A stretch of DNA of 64,000 nucleotides, filler included, from Jimgerdemannia flammicorona (GCA_003990765.1; 3 parts of 3 records of this genome joined end to end with filler, not necessarily neighbours in it); one strand, 5' to 3'; counted from the first letter of the whole stretch, positions 21,392-34,102 are shown. Program-made: numbers and translations. Notes: a model not told the origin generated them from the sequence alone.

Positions 21392-24300
21392 AAACTCTCC
21401 CAGACAGACCATGGCAAGAAAGGGTTTGGATCTACCAACAAACCTCCCAGTCAAAAGGTCACTACCATGAAGGAAGATGATGAAAATTGGTACAAGAGAA
21501 TTGCAGATGGTTATGCACCATGTGGATGATGCCCTCAATCCATTTGAATGTACTGCATGGAACATGTTGGTGAATGCCATGCATGCCTCTCCAAAGTTTT
21601 CAAAATTCAATCCGAGAAATGCCCAGCTCAACAAACTGAGGAACACAAACAAGACAACCCTCCTTGTGAAGGATGGGGAGAAATTGACTTCGAGGAGACT
21701 GACAGCAATTGGAACAATAACGAGGATGAAGAGCTCAATACCATCAAGAAGGAGAATAGTTGCATCAAGTTCACAGGCCAAGTCTATAGACAAAATGTCA
21801 ATGTCTTGCTTGATAGTAGTGCTACTGGAAACTATATCAGCACTAAGACCGCCAAGAGGATTGGAGCCTGAAGCAGACCAACTACGGAGAAAAGAAGTGT
21901 TATCTTCAGTGATGGAAAGACTGCACCATTGACTAAGATCTGTGAAGACCTTTTGCTCAAGATTGGAAAATATCAAGAGAAGTTGGACTTCAGCATTGTA
22001 GACCTCCCAGGACAAGACATTATCTTAGGAAAAGCCTGGTTGACCCAGCACAACCCAGATATCAACTGGAGAACCAATGAGGTTAATCTGACCCATGAGG
22101 GCAGAAAGATCACTCTGACACCCCAGGAAGGTATCAACCACCAAGGAATCGAAATCATCTCTGCCATTCAAATGAAGAGACTATCTCGAAAAAAGGGAAA
22201 CACCTACTTCATCTGTACTGTACAAGAAGTCACTGAAGCTACGAGCAGCCCAATTCCAACAGAAGCTCAAGAACTGTTCGAAGAATTCCAAGATGTATTC
22301 CAAGATCCTCAAGGACTCCCACCCAAGCACCAAATCCAATATGGAATTGATCTTATCCCAGGATCTGAACCCCTATACAAGAGTATCTATCAACTGGCCC
22401 AACCTGAGCTCAAGACCCTCAAGGATGAGTCGACCAAACTACTGGCTCAAGGATACATTGAACCCAGCCACTCTCCATTTGGAGCCCCAATTCTATTTGT
22501 CAAGAAGAAGGATGGCTCTCAGTGAATGTGTATTAACTACAGAGCCCTCAACAAGATCACTATCAAGAATCGGTATGCCTTGCCCAGGATTGATGAGTTG
22601 CTACACTAAATCTTCAAGGCCAAGACCTTTTCTCTACTAGATTTGCGAAATGGCTACCACCAGATTCTCATTGATGAGAAGGACATTGAGAAGACAGCTT
22701 TCCAAACATGGTTTGGACACTACCAGTTCCAAGTCATGCCTTTTGGATTGATCAATGCACCAGCAACATTCCAGTATCTGATGAATGATATCTTTGGACC
22801 ACTCCTCAACATCTGTGTCCTTGTATATATTGATGATATACTAATCTACAGCGAGACAGTGGAGCTACACTATACCCACCTTAGACAAGTACTGACTCTT
22901 CTGCGAGAACACCAGCTCTATGCCAAGATGAGCAAATGCAAGTTCTTCCAAGACCAGATTGAATACCTGGGACACATCATCTCTGCTAAAGGTATCAATG
23001 TGGACCCCCAAAAAGTATCAGCCCTTAAGGATATCCCTATCCCTACTACCCTCAAGCTACTCCAGCACTTTCTGGGTATTGCTGGTTATTACCAAAGGTT
23101 TATCCAAGGATACTCTGCTATTGCAGCCCCATTGACCAGCCTGGCCCATAAAGGAGTGAACATCAAAGTTGAATGGACCCTCGAATGCACCCTGGCTATG
23201 AACCATCTCAAGAGACTCCTTACCGAGGCCCCAGTGCTAATTGTACCTGATCCTACCAGACCATTCACTCTGACCACAGATGCCTCTGATATTGCTATTG
23301 GAGCAGTGCTCAGTCAAGAAGACCACCCAGTGGCCTACCTCTCCCAAAAGCTCAAACCAGCTGAGACCTGGTATACTACCCATGAGAAGGAACTCCTGGC
23401 TATTGTCACTACACTCCAGGAATGGTGCCATTTCCTCCTAGGACAGCCATTTGTGGCCTACACTGATCACTATGCACTGTGGTATATTCACACACAGCCC
23501 ATACTGACCCACAGACAAGCCCGCTGGATGGAAATCATTGCCACTTTGATATGAAAATCAAGTATAACTCAGGCAAAACCAACTGTGTGGCTGATGGTTT
23601 CTCCAGGTACATGAAAGACAAACTTGTCTTCATGGTCGAAGTAATTGGAGATCTTACCCAAATGATCAAGGAGGGCTACCAGCAAGACAGCCCCCTGATG
23701 AATTTCCTTCAATTCTGCCAAGACCCAGAGGCTGAGGTTCCCGAACCCATGAGGCAAATGGCCAAGAGATTTACCTACCATGATGGACTTATCTACAGGG
23801 ACCATGACAGAGTGGTCATACTCAACAATGATACTCTGTGACTCAAATTTATGCAGGAACTCCATGATACTCCTGCAGCAGGACACTTTGGTTTCGAAAA
23901 GACCTATAATCTCCTCTCAAGAGAGTTCTACTGGCCAAAAATGACCAAGGATATCAAAGACTTTGTGGCCTCATGCAAGATGTACCAAAGGTTCAAAAGT
24001 GGTAACAAGCTACCAGCAGGACTCCTGCAACCCTTGCCTATCCTGAGTCACAACTGGGACCAGATTGCAATAGACTTCATTGTCCAACTCCCCAAGACCA
24101 AGGCAGGATGGGATGCCATCGTGGTATTCATGGACCACCTAAGTAAACAAGCCCATTTTGCACCCACCAAGACCACTGCTACAGCACCAGAGATTGCCAA
24201 GATCTTTCTCAACCAAGTATTCAGGCTATATGGCATGCCTAGCACCATTGTATCTGACTGAGATGTCAAGTTTACAAGCAACTTCTGGAAGGCATTTTTC

Positions 24301-25152
24301 TCCCTCCATGGAACCAAGCTGAAGTTCTCTACTGCCTACCACCCTCAGACTGATGGTCAAACTGAGCAAACAAACAGGACTCTCAAACAGATGCTTAGCA
24401 TCTTCTGCTGTTACAAGCAAAATGATTGGGACAAGTATCTAGCCCATGCTGAGTTTGCCTATAACAACAGTCAGCAAACCTCAACAAAGAAGACTTCATT
24501 CTTCCTGAACCATGGTCAACACCCAAGGACCCCAAGTACTACCGCAAAATTAGCAGTCCCAGCAGCCCAAGATCTGGCCGAGACCATTTCTGACCTTATG
24601 CGAATGACAAGAGATGCTCTCATAGAAGCACAAGACTACCAGACCAAGTACGCAAACTTGAAATGAAGAGAAGCCTCCTACAATATTGGTGACATGGTCA
24701 TGCTTAGAACAGACCACCTCCACCCTGACACCCTGGCACAACAACCAGCCAAGAAACTCCGTGCTAGAAGAATTGGACTATACAAGATCATGGAAAAAAT
24801 CAGCAAAGTCAACTACAAGTTACAACTTCCCCACAATATCCGAGTGCACCCAGTATTCCATATTAGCCAATTGGTGGACTACCATGAGAACCCATTCCCC
24901 AAGCAAACATTTCCACCACCACCCCCAATTAGGATCAATGATCATGAGGAATTCGAAATTGAGGAAGTACTTGACCACAAGGTCTGCAAATATCCTTAAG
25001 CAGTCAAGCGCTTTTTCCTGATCAAGTGGAAGGGTTACCCCACCCATGATGCCACCTGGGAAAAAGAAGAAGCCCTGAAGAATGCATGCGAAGCCCTCCA
25101 GGACTACATAGAAATACTCACCCCCCAGCAAAGGAAGGAACTACAGCTCTAA
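21392..25152 (+). pseudogene. pol: G1 pol: dUTPase C-terminus - Cys/His domain - protease - RT - RNase H - integrase - chromodomain (disrupted)
   Basis: LSQTDHGKKGFGST; VLLDSSATGNYIS; SPFGAPILFVKKKDG, GYHQI, VMPFGL, YIDDILIY; TTDASDIAIGAVL; HDTPAAGHFG, AIDFI, IVSD, HPQTDGQTE; EFEIEEVLDHK...FLIKWKGYPTHDATWE. Confidence 0.93.
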
Positions 25153-25797
25153 GCATAGGAGCACACAGCAAGCAGAAGGGTACCACATATTTTTATCTGG
25201 AAACATATAATACCAAACATTGCAAAAAAAGGGAACACTATGGATAACCAACAAAAAAATATCTGAACAAAAGAACAATCTAGTACAGTATAGCAAAACG
25301 CATTTGAACAACTCCATTTCACGCCATTTGTGTCATCTCCACTGGATGATGATGGACGCTTCATGTGAAACTTAGGAAAGCTGACAATGTCGAAACCAGT
25401 CTAAGTCCATCTACATGACAGATATTGTTACTAAAGAATTACCTCGGATTACAAGAAAGTCTATTTCCGAGAGGTTCGAACCCCCAGCTGTGACAATGGG
25501 AGCCCTCGCCCTAGACAAGGATGGCCAGTCCTCACAAATGCGCCAACCAGACAAAAAAAAAGTGGACCAAGACCTGTTAACCCTGTGTAACCACAACTAC
25601 GGGTGATGAGATCTTTGAAATCAGGACTTTCTCATGTGACTAGCATATGCTCCGCTTATAGCACAGGTCATGCATTTTGCCAGAAAGCATGACCAAAGGA
25701 AGGTCACATCAGATGGGTGAATAGGTATAAATACCCAAGACAAGAATACCCTGCAACTCTCATCCCCCTTTTCTTACAAAGAAAAGACAAGACAAGC

Positions 25798-26623
25798 ATG
25801 CCTGCCACCCACCGCCAAACTGCCTGCCATAGCCAGCCCCTCCCAAGCCAGGTTGACTGCCTCTTTGGACATATCCAGGTTGCCATCCAAGGAAGGAACT
25901 GCCGCTCAGAGGCCCTTAACCTCTCCAGCCCAGACCTAGGACAGTATGTCCTTGACTGCCATGAAATTATTGAAAGGGCCTACCTCGCTACCAGCTGCCT
26001 AGAAATCTGGCATGAATATGAAATTGGTCACCAGCTTCTCCAACATATAAGGCCTACCTATGGACCAGGTCTCTGATTGGACCCACCTAGACAGGCATGA
26101 GCAAAGACTTGCCAAGAAGGTCCATCAAATCATGCGCCATGTACCCTTCACGATCCCCAACCTCAACTATGTACAACTGAAGGACTTCCAGAACCTCTCT
26201 TTCCCTGAGGTCGATGCCCTAGAAGTCAAGGTCACCCAAGAAGCCAACTCCTGGATTGTCCTCAAGTCTACTGACATCGAGCCTCACTGGAGCCCCCTCC
26301 TGAATGACAACTCTGACCAATGGCTCCAAGGTCTCTCTGACCTCTTTGAAGGACCATCTATCTGAATGGATATTCTCAGGCATGAAGATCAAGAGCCCTA
26401 CTTGGATGGCCCCAACTGCATCAGATGGCAAACCCCTACACCAGTACCTATTCCAATGCAAGAACCATTTGAAGACCTCATTGACTTCTCCATCCTGGAC
26501 AGTGAGCCACCAGTAACCACTCCCCCTGCCCCTGAAGAAGATGATAACAACCCTGAGGAGGATTCCCGACCTATCTCTCCCCTGGTTCTCAATTTCTCAA
26601 TCAACAAGGATGTTGATTTCTAA
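25798..26623 (+). pseudogene. G1 accessory 3' ORF of unknown function (frameshift/stop)
   Basis: MPATHRQTA...ATSCLEIWHEYEIGHQL...LDRHEQRLAKKVHQIMRHVPF...; TATAAATA at 25726; homolog at 54276-53396; stop abuts the PPT. Confidence 0.8.
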
Positions 26624-26634
26624 GGGGGAAAGGA

Positions 26635-27471
26635 TGTAATAGAATGAAAGAGTGTGAATAGATGGGACACAATGAATGATGAATGACAAATGACAAATGA
26701 TCATGTGACCTGGCGATGATGTCATCATACAAACGAAGCATGACATATGAATTACAAATGATGAATGATGCGAACGATGTGAAATGATGCAGAAAATGAT
26801 ATCCAGCTTATCCTCAACAATTGGTGCCACAGCAACAGTTGCCACAGTAGCTGATCATTGTCTAGTAATTGAGGTCCTGATCACAAAGTTGTTTTTTGTC
26901 AAAAACCACCTGACAAAGGTCGCGATCACAAACCTCATTATAGTTACCAAATTAGTCACTCATACTTAGTCAGAAATCGCGGACCAACTTGTATAAATAT
27001 CCCCCAGTTTCCATCTGAAATAAAGCAGTTTTAGTTCAGTCCTTGATACAAAAATCAAGTCCCCCCTCCCCACATACATTCCCCTGAGTCTTAGTAATGA
27101 TATCTAAGTAACTCTAGTGTTTCTGACTAAACTCCAGAAGCCTAGCTAACTTCTGCCAGAACTGAGACTGGTATATAAATCTCCAAAGACTTAAGTAAAC
27201 CCATTGAACCTGAATTCCAAGACGAATTCAGTCTGTGCACAGCAAAGAACAAGACCCTCGAAATAGGGCACAAGAGAAAGACCTTTGAAACAGAAGGCAA
27301 ACCAGAGAAAGACCTTTGAAAGATAAGGCACTGCTGCTACAACTACTTTAAGTGAGTGCTTCCTCAAACTGAAGGCTTCTTGGTATACATTGTGTACTAA
27401 GTCCCTAAGTAATAGTCCTCTTCCCTAATTATCCAAAGGATAAGAGAGAGATAGAAGTGAGAGTTATTACA
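26635..27471 (+). repeat. G1 3' LTR (~837 bp)
   Basis: Preceded by PPT aagggggaaagga (26622-26634); tgtaatag...ttattaca termini; TATAAAT at 26992 and AATAAA at 27019. Confidence 0.8.
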
Positions 27472-30400
27472 CTAATGTACAAGGAGCTGACGATCCAGCA
27501 AGAATCCTGGCCTTTAAGGCCTGGCTCCAGGTAACCTACTACACAGATGAAATCAAACAGGCACTCAAGGATCAATTAAATACTATGTATCTGCCAAGGA
27601 ATGTCTGAGGACCCAAATATATTCTACACAAGAATCCGACATCAAATAGTCCTTGCTGACTACCCTGATGCAGTTCAAGACCAAGTGGCTGAGAATACCT
27701 TTATGAAAGGTATTCACCAAGAAATCGCTTTAGCCATTCGATCTACCCCAACACCACTGGGCCTGGGACAGAAGGTTACCTATGCTCAAAGATACTGGAC
27801 TGCCAGACACCCTCAAGGCCATACAATGGAAAGGATAACTAGAGTAAAAATTGAACAAGCACCAAGAGTCACCAATACAATCCCAGCTACCATAGTCAAC
27901 CGGAATACACAACCACAACCACAAGACCAGAGAAGGGTTGACCCAATGGAGGAACTGGCCAAACAGTTTGCAGGAATGACTGCACACCTCAGCGATGTAG
28001 TCAAAGAGTTCAAGAAGAAGCCAGTCCAGAAGTTTGCTGCTACAAATGCAAGATGATCAATAACATGCTATAATTGTAGAGAAGAAGGCCACTATGCCTC
28101 CGAATGCATGACAGAAACCAAGCGAAAGGCCAATCCAAGCAATGTAACCAGGAATTGCAAACAAGCAAACACTATCACCTTCAAGGAGATTGGAGAATCC
28201 AAGGAAGAGAGGGAGGAATAGGAAGCTTACCCTGCCACCTCAAGCAAGAAGGATGTCCGATCCAGCCCCTATAAGAAACCAGTGGGCAGACTTCCCAAGA
28301 AGGCACAGACACAGACAAGACAACCAGAAATGGTAAATGAAAAAAGATTTAGCAGGGAGAAGCTAATCAAGATATAGAGCTAGAATAAGATGATGAACTT
28401 GAACAAGCGGTAGATGATATTATCCAAAACACTACCCCATCAAGTGAAGGAAAGAAGGAGCAGAAATTGTGCAAAAGCAAGACCTTTAAGTATGATATCT
28501 TCAAGGATCTCAAGGACCAAAAAGTCAATGCAACCTTCAGCCAACTAGCAGAAATTCCAACATTCAGACAACAAATGAGGACAGGAATCTCAGATATCAG
28601 CAAAGACCAAGGTTACAGAATAATTGAAGCCAACAATGCACAAGAAGATTCAGATGAAGAGAGTGAAGATAACCAGAAAACATCAGCCTATACTATCTGC
28701 CAGATCAAGGACCAGGTCTTTGAAGCTATCATTGATACAGGAGCAGGAGGATGTCTCATCACCAAGAAAGCAGTAGATCGCCTAGGTTGGGAGATCGAAG
28801 AAGCCACCAAATTGGTGTTTGTCACAGCTGATGGGACATGAGCAACACCCTTGAGAAAAATCCGGGATGTACCAATCAAGTTTGGTGAAGCCACTATCCC
28901 TGTGGATGTCATTGTCACCAATGCAACCAACTATGATATCCTCATCAGCAACCAGTGGCTTCACAAAGCCAAGGCCATGATCGACCTTAGTGCACAGAAG
29001 ATGCAGATCATCTACCAGGGAAAGAAGATCAGAATTCCCATCAATGTCCACAAAGGAGTCTGCCCCAAGATGGAGGAAGACCAAGAAGAAGAGGCCTATA
29101 TGGTTACTACGAAGAAAGGAAAAGGCAAGCAATTGACAGAGGAAGAATGGTATATAAGAATCGCAGATGGATATGCCCCACTAGGAAGGTGCCCCCATGG
29201 TGAAAGAATATACTATGCCTAGCACTTGGATCACTGCTACTCTTGTATCATTGAGGTGAAGAAGATCACCAATAAGCCAAAGAAGAACCAGAAGGAACCA
29301 GAAGATGGACCACCAGAACTATTGGATGACAGCAATGATGAAGAAGACATCATAGTCAAGATATGAAGAATCCACCCTGATGCAGTCATGTCATAATACA
29401 AATTGGAGAGTGCAGCAGGAATGAACCTATCTACCATAATACACACAATACTTGAACTGCAGACCACTACCATTCTAGGAATAGGAATTGAAGTGACCAT
29501 CCTGCCAAACCATGTCAGAATCCTCAAGACAAGGAGCAGCTTGGCAAAGAGCGAAATATCGATAGAAGGAGGAGTTATTGATTCAGACTACATAGGAGAA
29601 ATTCTCCTCCTTGCCAGGAACCACAACCCAACCATTCCATTCGAAGTAAGGAAGAAGGATCGGCTGGCACAAATGCTCATCCTACCTGTCCTTAATCCAA
29701 GAATCAAGGAGGTCGTAAACATCAGACAAACTCAACGAGGAAGAGCTGGATTTGGCTCTACAGGAAGAGGAGTCCTCGCAGCAACTAAGATCACTAAATT
29801 AGAGCACAAGAAGGAGGAAAGTCAAGACAAATACACCTATATAATTGGAAGAAACTTTCCTCTCAAAGAAGAATTGCAGAACCTCTTGCATACATTTGAG
29901 GATATACTGGCCATGGATTTCAAGGACATCAAGACCAAGAAACCCCTGTATTATCATGATATCAATACTGGAGATGCAAAGCCAATCTATCAGAAGGCCT
30001 GCCCCATTCCACCAGCATACAGAGAATGGCTCAAAACAGAAATCAAGGAAATAGAGGAATCCGGTCTCATCGAAGAAGCCAGCAGCCCTTGATCCTCCCC
30101 CATCATTCTTGCATCAAAGAAAGAAAGCCGACCAGGAGAATTTGCATCAAGACTCTGCACAGATTATAGAAGACTCAACGAGGTCACAGAGAAGGACAGA
30201 CAACCATTGCCCAATATTGGCAATATTCTCATCATGCTGGTGAATGAATCACGATTCTACACCACCTTGGATCTGTTCTCAGGATTCTACCAAATCGGCC
30301 TTACACTAGAAGCCAGCAAAAGATCAGCCTTCATCACCCCTGATGGAACCTACATCTATCTCCACATGCTCTTTAGAATGTGCAATGCACCAGCAAGCTT

Positions 30401-32471
30401 CCAGTGAATGATGAATAGTATCTTCAGGGATGTTATGGAAAAATGGATGATGGTATACATAGATGATGTGATCATCTTCAGCTGAAGAGCCAAAGAGCAC
30501 TTGGACCACACTAAGGAAATCCTCAGAAGGCTTCACAAACATGGCCTCTATATCAAGCCCAAGAAATGCAAGTTTGGAGAAGAAGAAATCGCATACCTTG
30601 AATACATCATCAACTGTGAAGGAACACATACAGACCCTACAAAGATCAAGGCAGTAGCAGTATACCCAGTACCTACCAGTGTCACTGAAGCCTGAGCCTT
30701 CATGGGACTTACATCCTACTATAGAAGATTTATTGGAAGGTTCTCCCACATCACCAGTCCTATCTATGATCTGTTCAGAAAAGAGGTCAAGTTCCAGTAG
30801 ACTCAGCAGCAGTAACTAGCCTTTGACGAGCTCAAGACCAGATTGACCCAGGCCCCAATCCTGAGAAAACCCGACTGGACTCAGGAGTTTATTCTGCAGA
30901 TGGATGCCAGTGCAATGGGACTTGGAGCTGTCCTCACACAAAAGAAGAATGGTGCCAAATACATGGTAGCTTATCTCAGCCAAGGTACCCAAGGAGCCGA
31001 GCAGTCCTATGAATCATACAAGTTGGAATGCCTTGCAGTCATCTGGGCTGTAGAGAAGTTCCACTACTATCTGGCTAGCAGACACTTCACCATCCAGACA
31101 GATCATTCAGCACTCACCTGGTTGCTCACTACCAGTGAGCCCAAAGAAATCTATACCCGATGGATTATGAAGCTGCAAGCATACAATGCCACAATCACCC
31201 ACTGCTCTGGAAGAACCAATGCTAATACCGACACCCTCTCACGGATACCCTGAAGGACCCCACCCCAACAAAATCACCATGAATAAGGAGCTGTACTATG
31301 GAATCATCAGCTATCTGGGGCAGTAAAAGATGCCCCCGCATCTGGAAGAATGGACAAAAACAATTATTAATCGGACATGGAAAAAATTCGAAACTGATGG
31401 AGAAATACTTAAGAAAGGACAACAATTAGTCATTCCCGAGCACTGGAAGAATCAAGTGATGAAAGAGGTACATGAACAAGGTTACGTAGGAGGAACAAAC
31501 ACCTATGATAAAGTGAGAAGAACCTTGTGGTGGCCCGGAATGGAGGAAGATATCAGACAATTTGTCAGAACCTGTGACAAATACCAGAAACAGAAACAAG
31601 ACCAATGAGATCAAGCTCCTGGATCAGCAGACATCAAACCAATACCATTTGCCCACATCGCAATGGATGTAATTGACCCCCTACCCCTGACATTGACCAG
31701 CAACTGATATGTTATTGTAATAGAAGACCTGTTCACAAAATAGGTAGAGGCCGGACCCCTCAAGAAAGCCAATGCACAGTCAATTGCCGATTTTTTTCAC
31801 AGAGAAATCATCTGCTGATTCAAAACCCTGAAGCAAGTTACCACAAACAGAGGAACAGAATTTGTCAACCAGTTTCATGAGATTCTTTACAAGAAATGCA
31901 AGATCCAACACATCAAGACCACAGCCTATCACTAACAAGGAAACAGACAAGCAGAAAGAACCAACAAGACCCTCAAGAATATCATTGCCAAGATCTGTAA
32001 TGAATATGGAAACTGGGACCATTATCTTCCAATAGCATTATCCACTTTGCGGGACATATAATCACAAAGCACCCATTTTACACCACGAGAAATACTATTC
32101 AGTGAAGAAAGTTCTAGTGGAAGTTTGTCAGCAAGTAATGATGCAATCTGGAAGCATATGGATACGGAGATAGGGAGATTGCACCAAATCAGGAAAAAGG
32201 TAGAGGATTACATAATCAAGGCGCAGGCACTGTAATGGAACAATGCAGAAAGGACCCACAAGCCCCTGGAGATTATCAAGATAAGAGATGAAGTTCTGGT
32301 ATATCAGAATATGGTAGAAGCTTCTTGGTCATACAAACTGGAGCCCAAGTGGGAAGGACCTTACCTGGTGCAAGATATAAAAGGGACAACTTTCTGACTA
32401 TGAAAGCCCTCAGGCACAATAATCCACACCACTATTCACCGAAACCAACTCAAGAAATACCATGGCCAATA
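27472..32471 (+). pseudogene. gag-pol: G2 gag-pol: zinc knuckle - protease - Cys/His domain - dUTPase - RT - RNase H - integrase (disrupted)
   Basis: CX2CX4HX4C at ~28067; AIIDTGAGG; LDLFSGFYQI, YIDDVII; QMDASAMGLGAVL; KLECLAVIWAVEKF; PFAHIAMDVI, EPKWEGPY. Confidence 0.9.
29353..29765 (+). pseudogene. dut: dUTPase domain within G2 pol
   Basis: All five motifs are recognisable: SAAGMNL, TRSSLA, GGVIDSDYIGEI, DRLAQML, TQRGRAGFGSTG. Confidence 0.92.
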
Positions 32472-32923
32472 ACCGAAGCACTGCAGCAGCACTCAAGATC
32501 ACTAGTGCTGCACAAAGGGCTATTGAAAGGCAATGGCACACTACTGAACCTCCAACTATAGAGGCATACTATGAGGATATTCAGAGTATTGTACAGACTC
32601 ATCTCTCTCAGATATCGCATTTTAGTACCTACCAACATCAGGCAGAGTTCCAGGAGTACTTCAAGCTTGGACAAGTGCTCAACCAGGATCCAGTGAAAAC
32701 CAAAGAAGACTGGATCACAGAGTGCCAACTCTCCTACTCACAGATCACCATCACTAAAAGAATCCACAAGTTATTTTGAGAAGATAAATCAGCACTAGCC
32801 CACCTGCGAGGAGTAACTCCTACTGACTTTGGTAAAGTAAGGAGACATCATTGGGAGACAGTCATACAACAGATTGAACAGTACAAGACCATTCAGACAG
32901 TAGAAGCCTGGGAGTTTGAATAG
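32462..32923 (+). pseudogene. G2 accessory 3' ORF of unknown function (one internal TGA)
   Basis: MANNRSTAAALK...EFQEYFKLGQVL...TKRIHKLF*EDKSALAHLRGVTPTDFGKV...; ATG overlaps the last codons of pol. Confidence 0.75.
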
Positions 32924-32960
32924 ATGCCTCAGAGATGAGACCATCTATTCAGGAGGAAGT

Positions 32961-33417
32961 TGTGATGGTATAGCCAAATTAGGGAGAAGGAAATAGGGAA
33001 TAGACAATTGATCGCACCCATTCCCAAAAGTAGTATAGTTTTATAGTTAGCAGTTGCCGATTTCAACATTGTCTAAATTTCTAGACATTGTCCAAATCGA
33101 ATCTCCTGATTTAGTATAGCATTTCAACATTGTCTAAGTTTCTAGACATTGTCTAAATGACTCATAACTTAGCTGCGTAACTCAGTAGCCATCTCATAGC
33201 TAGCAAACTTGTATAAATAACCCAGTATCTTTGAGTGAATAAACCTCAGATTGAAAGTGTTAGAAAAAGAACAAGTATACCGATAAAAGGACCTTCGGGA
33301 TTACCTCTTTAAACACATTTGGCCTCAAGGAACTACTGACTCTGGGAGTCAAGAAGACAAGAATTCAAGATAAAGAAATCCTACATACTTACCCATCTTA
33401 GCATCTACTACATTACA
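32961..33417 (+). repeat. G2 3' LTR (~457 bp)
   Basis: PPT aggaggaag at 32951; tgtgatg...cattaca termini; internal 38-bp duplication (33060/33121); TATAAAT at 33212 and AATAAA at 33238. Confidence 0.7.
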
Positions 33418-34102
33418 ATGTATATTTGACTATATACTAAATGAAATTTTCTAATATAGGCTACTCTACCACTAAATTATCTTTGGTAATTATTACAATT
33501 TGTTAACCTTCTGATAGAGTTAGTTAATTATATACTATCAAACTTATAACTGTTAACTAAAATCAGAAGTATGATTAAATCATAAATTAGATATAGATGA
33601 TTAATATATATTTACTTAACTCTATTACAAAGATGATAAAATTATTCTAGTGAGTAATAATAATATTAAAATATATTATCTATATTGTAAGGCTCAAAAA
33701 TATATAAAAGCTACTGATGATAAATAACATATAAGATATTGATAGTTCTTTTCATTTATTTACTTATGAGAAATAGAGAGTAGTTATCAATCTTATACAT
33801 ATATACTAAAAGATATATAAAGATAATAAGCCATATAATGAGAGTAAGCTACTAGAAGTCATAATCTATATACTTGGAGTACTTATGATAAGTACTATCA
33901 TAGTTATGAAATAATTTATATTGATGACTTCTTATCTATAATACTATAAGTAGGTTATATATATATAGTAATAAGAATCTACTATTCTATAATAATATAT
34001 AATGGGTCTAATATTATGCAATTATCTGGTCCTATCTCTGAACTTACCAAATAGCTAATTATCAAATGGGATAATTTGACACAAACAACAATCTACTTGA
34101 AG

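Larger units (their letters stand above)
21392..27471 (+). mobile_element. Ty3/gypsy chromovirus-type LTR retrotransposon G1 (5' part missing at contig start), inserted in gag of G2
   Basis: PR-RT-RNase H-IN-chromodomain order, PPT, and a 3' LTR followed immediately by mid-gag sequence of G2. Confidence 0.93.
27472..33417 (+). mobile_element. Ty3/gypsy LTR retrotransposon G2 (no chromodomain; gag 3' part to 3' LTR)
   Basis: gag with CYNCREEGHYASEC knuckle, PR, dUTPase, RT, RNase H, IN, extra ORF, PPT and LTR. Confidence 0.92.

Noticed and set aside
25798..26623. env gene
   Set aside because: No signal peptide, hydrophobic TM segment or furin-like site visible; too short.
33418..34091. Very AT-rich tract as a Helitron/PIF1 helicase remnant or centromere core
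   Set aside because: Looks like decayed coding DNA (it resumes after the A2 TSD at 39886), but no motif could be identified with confidence.
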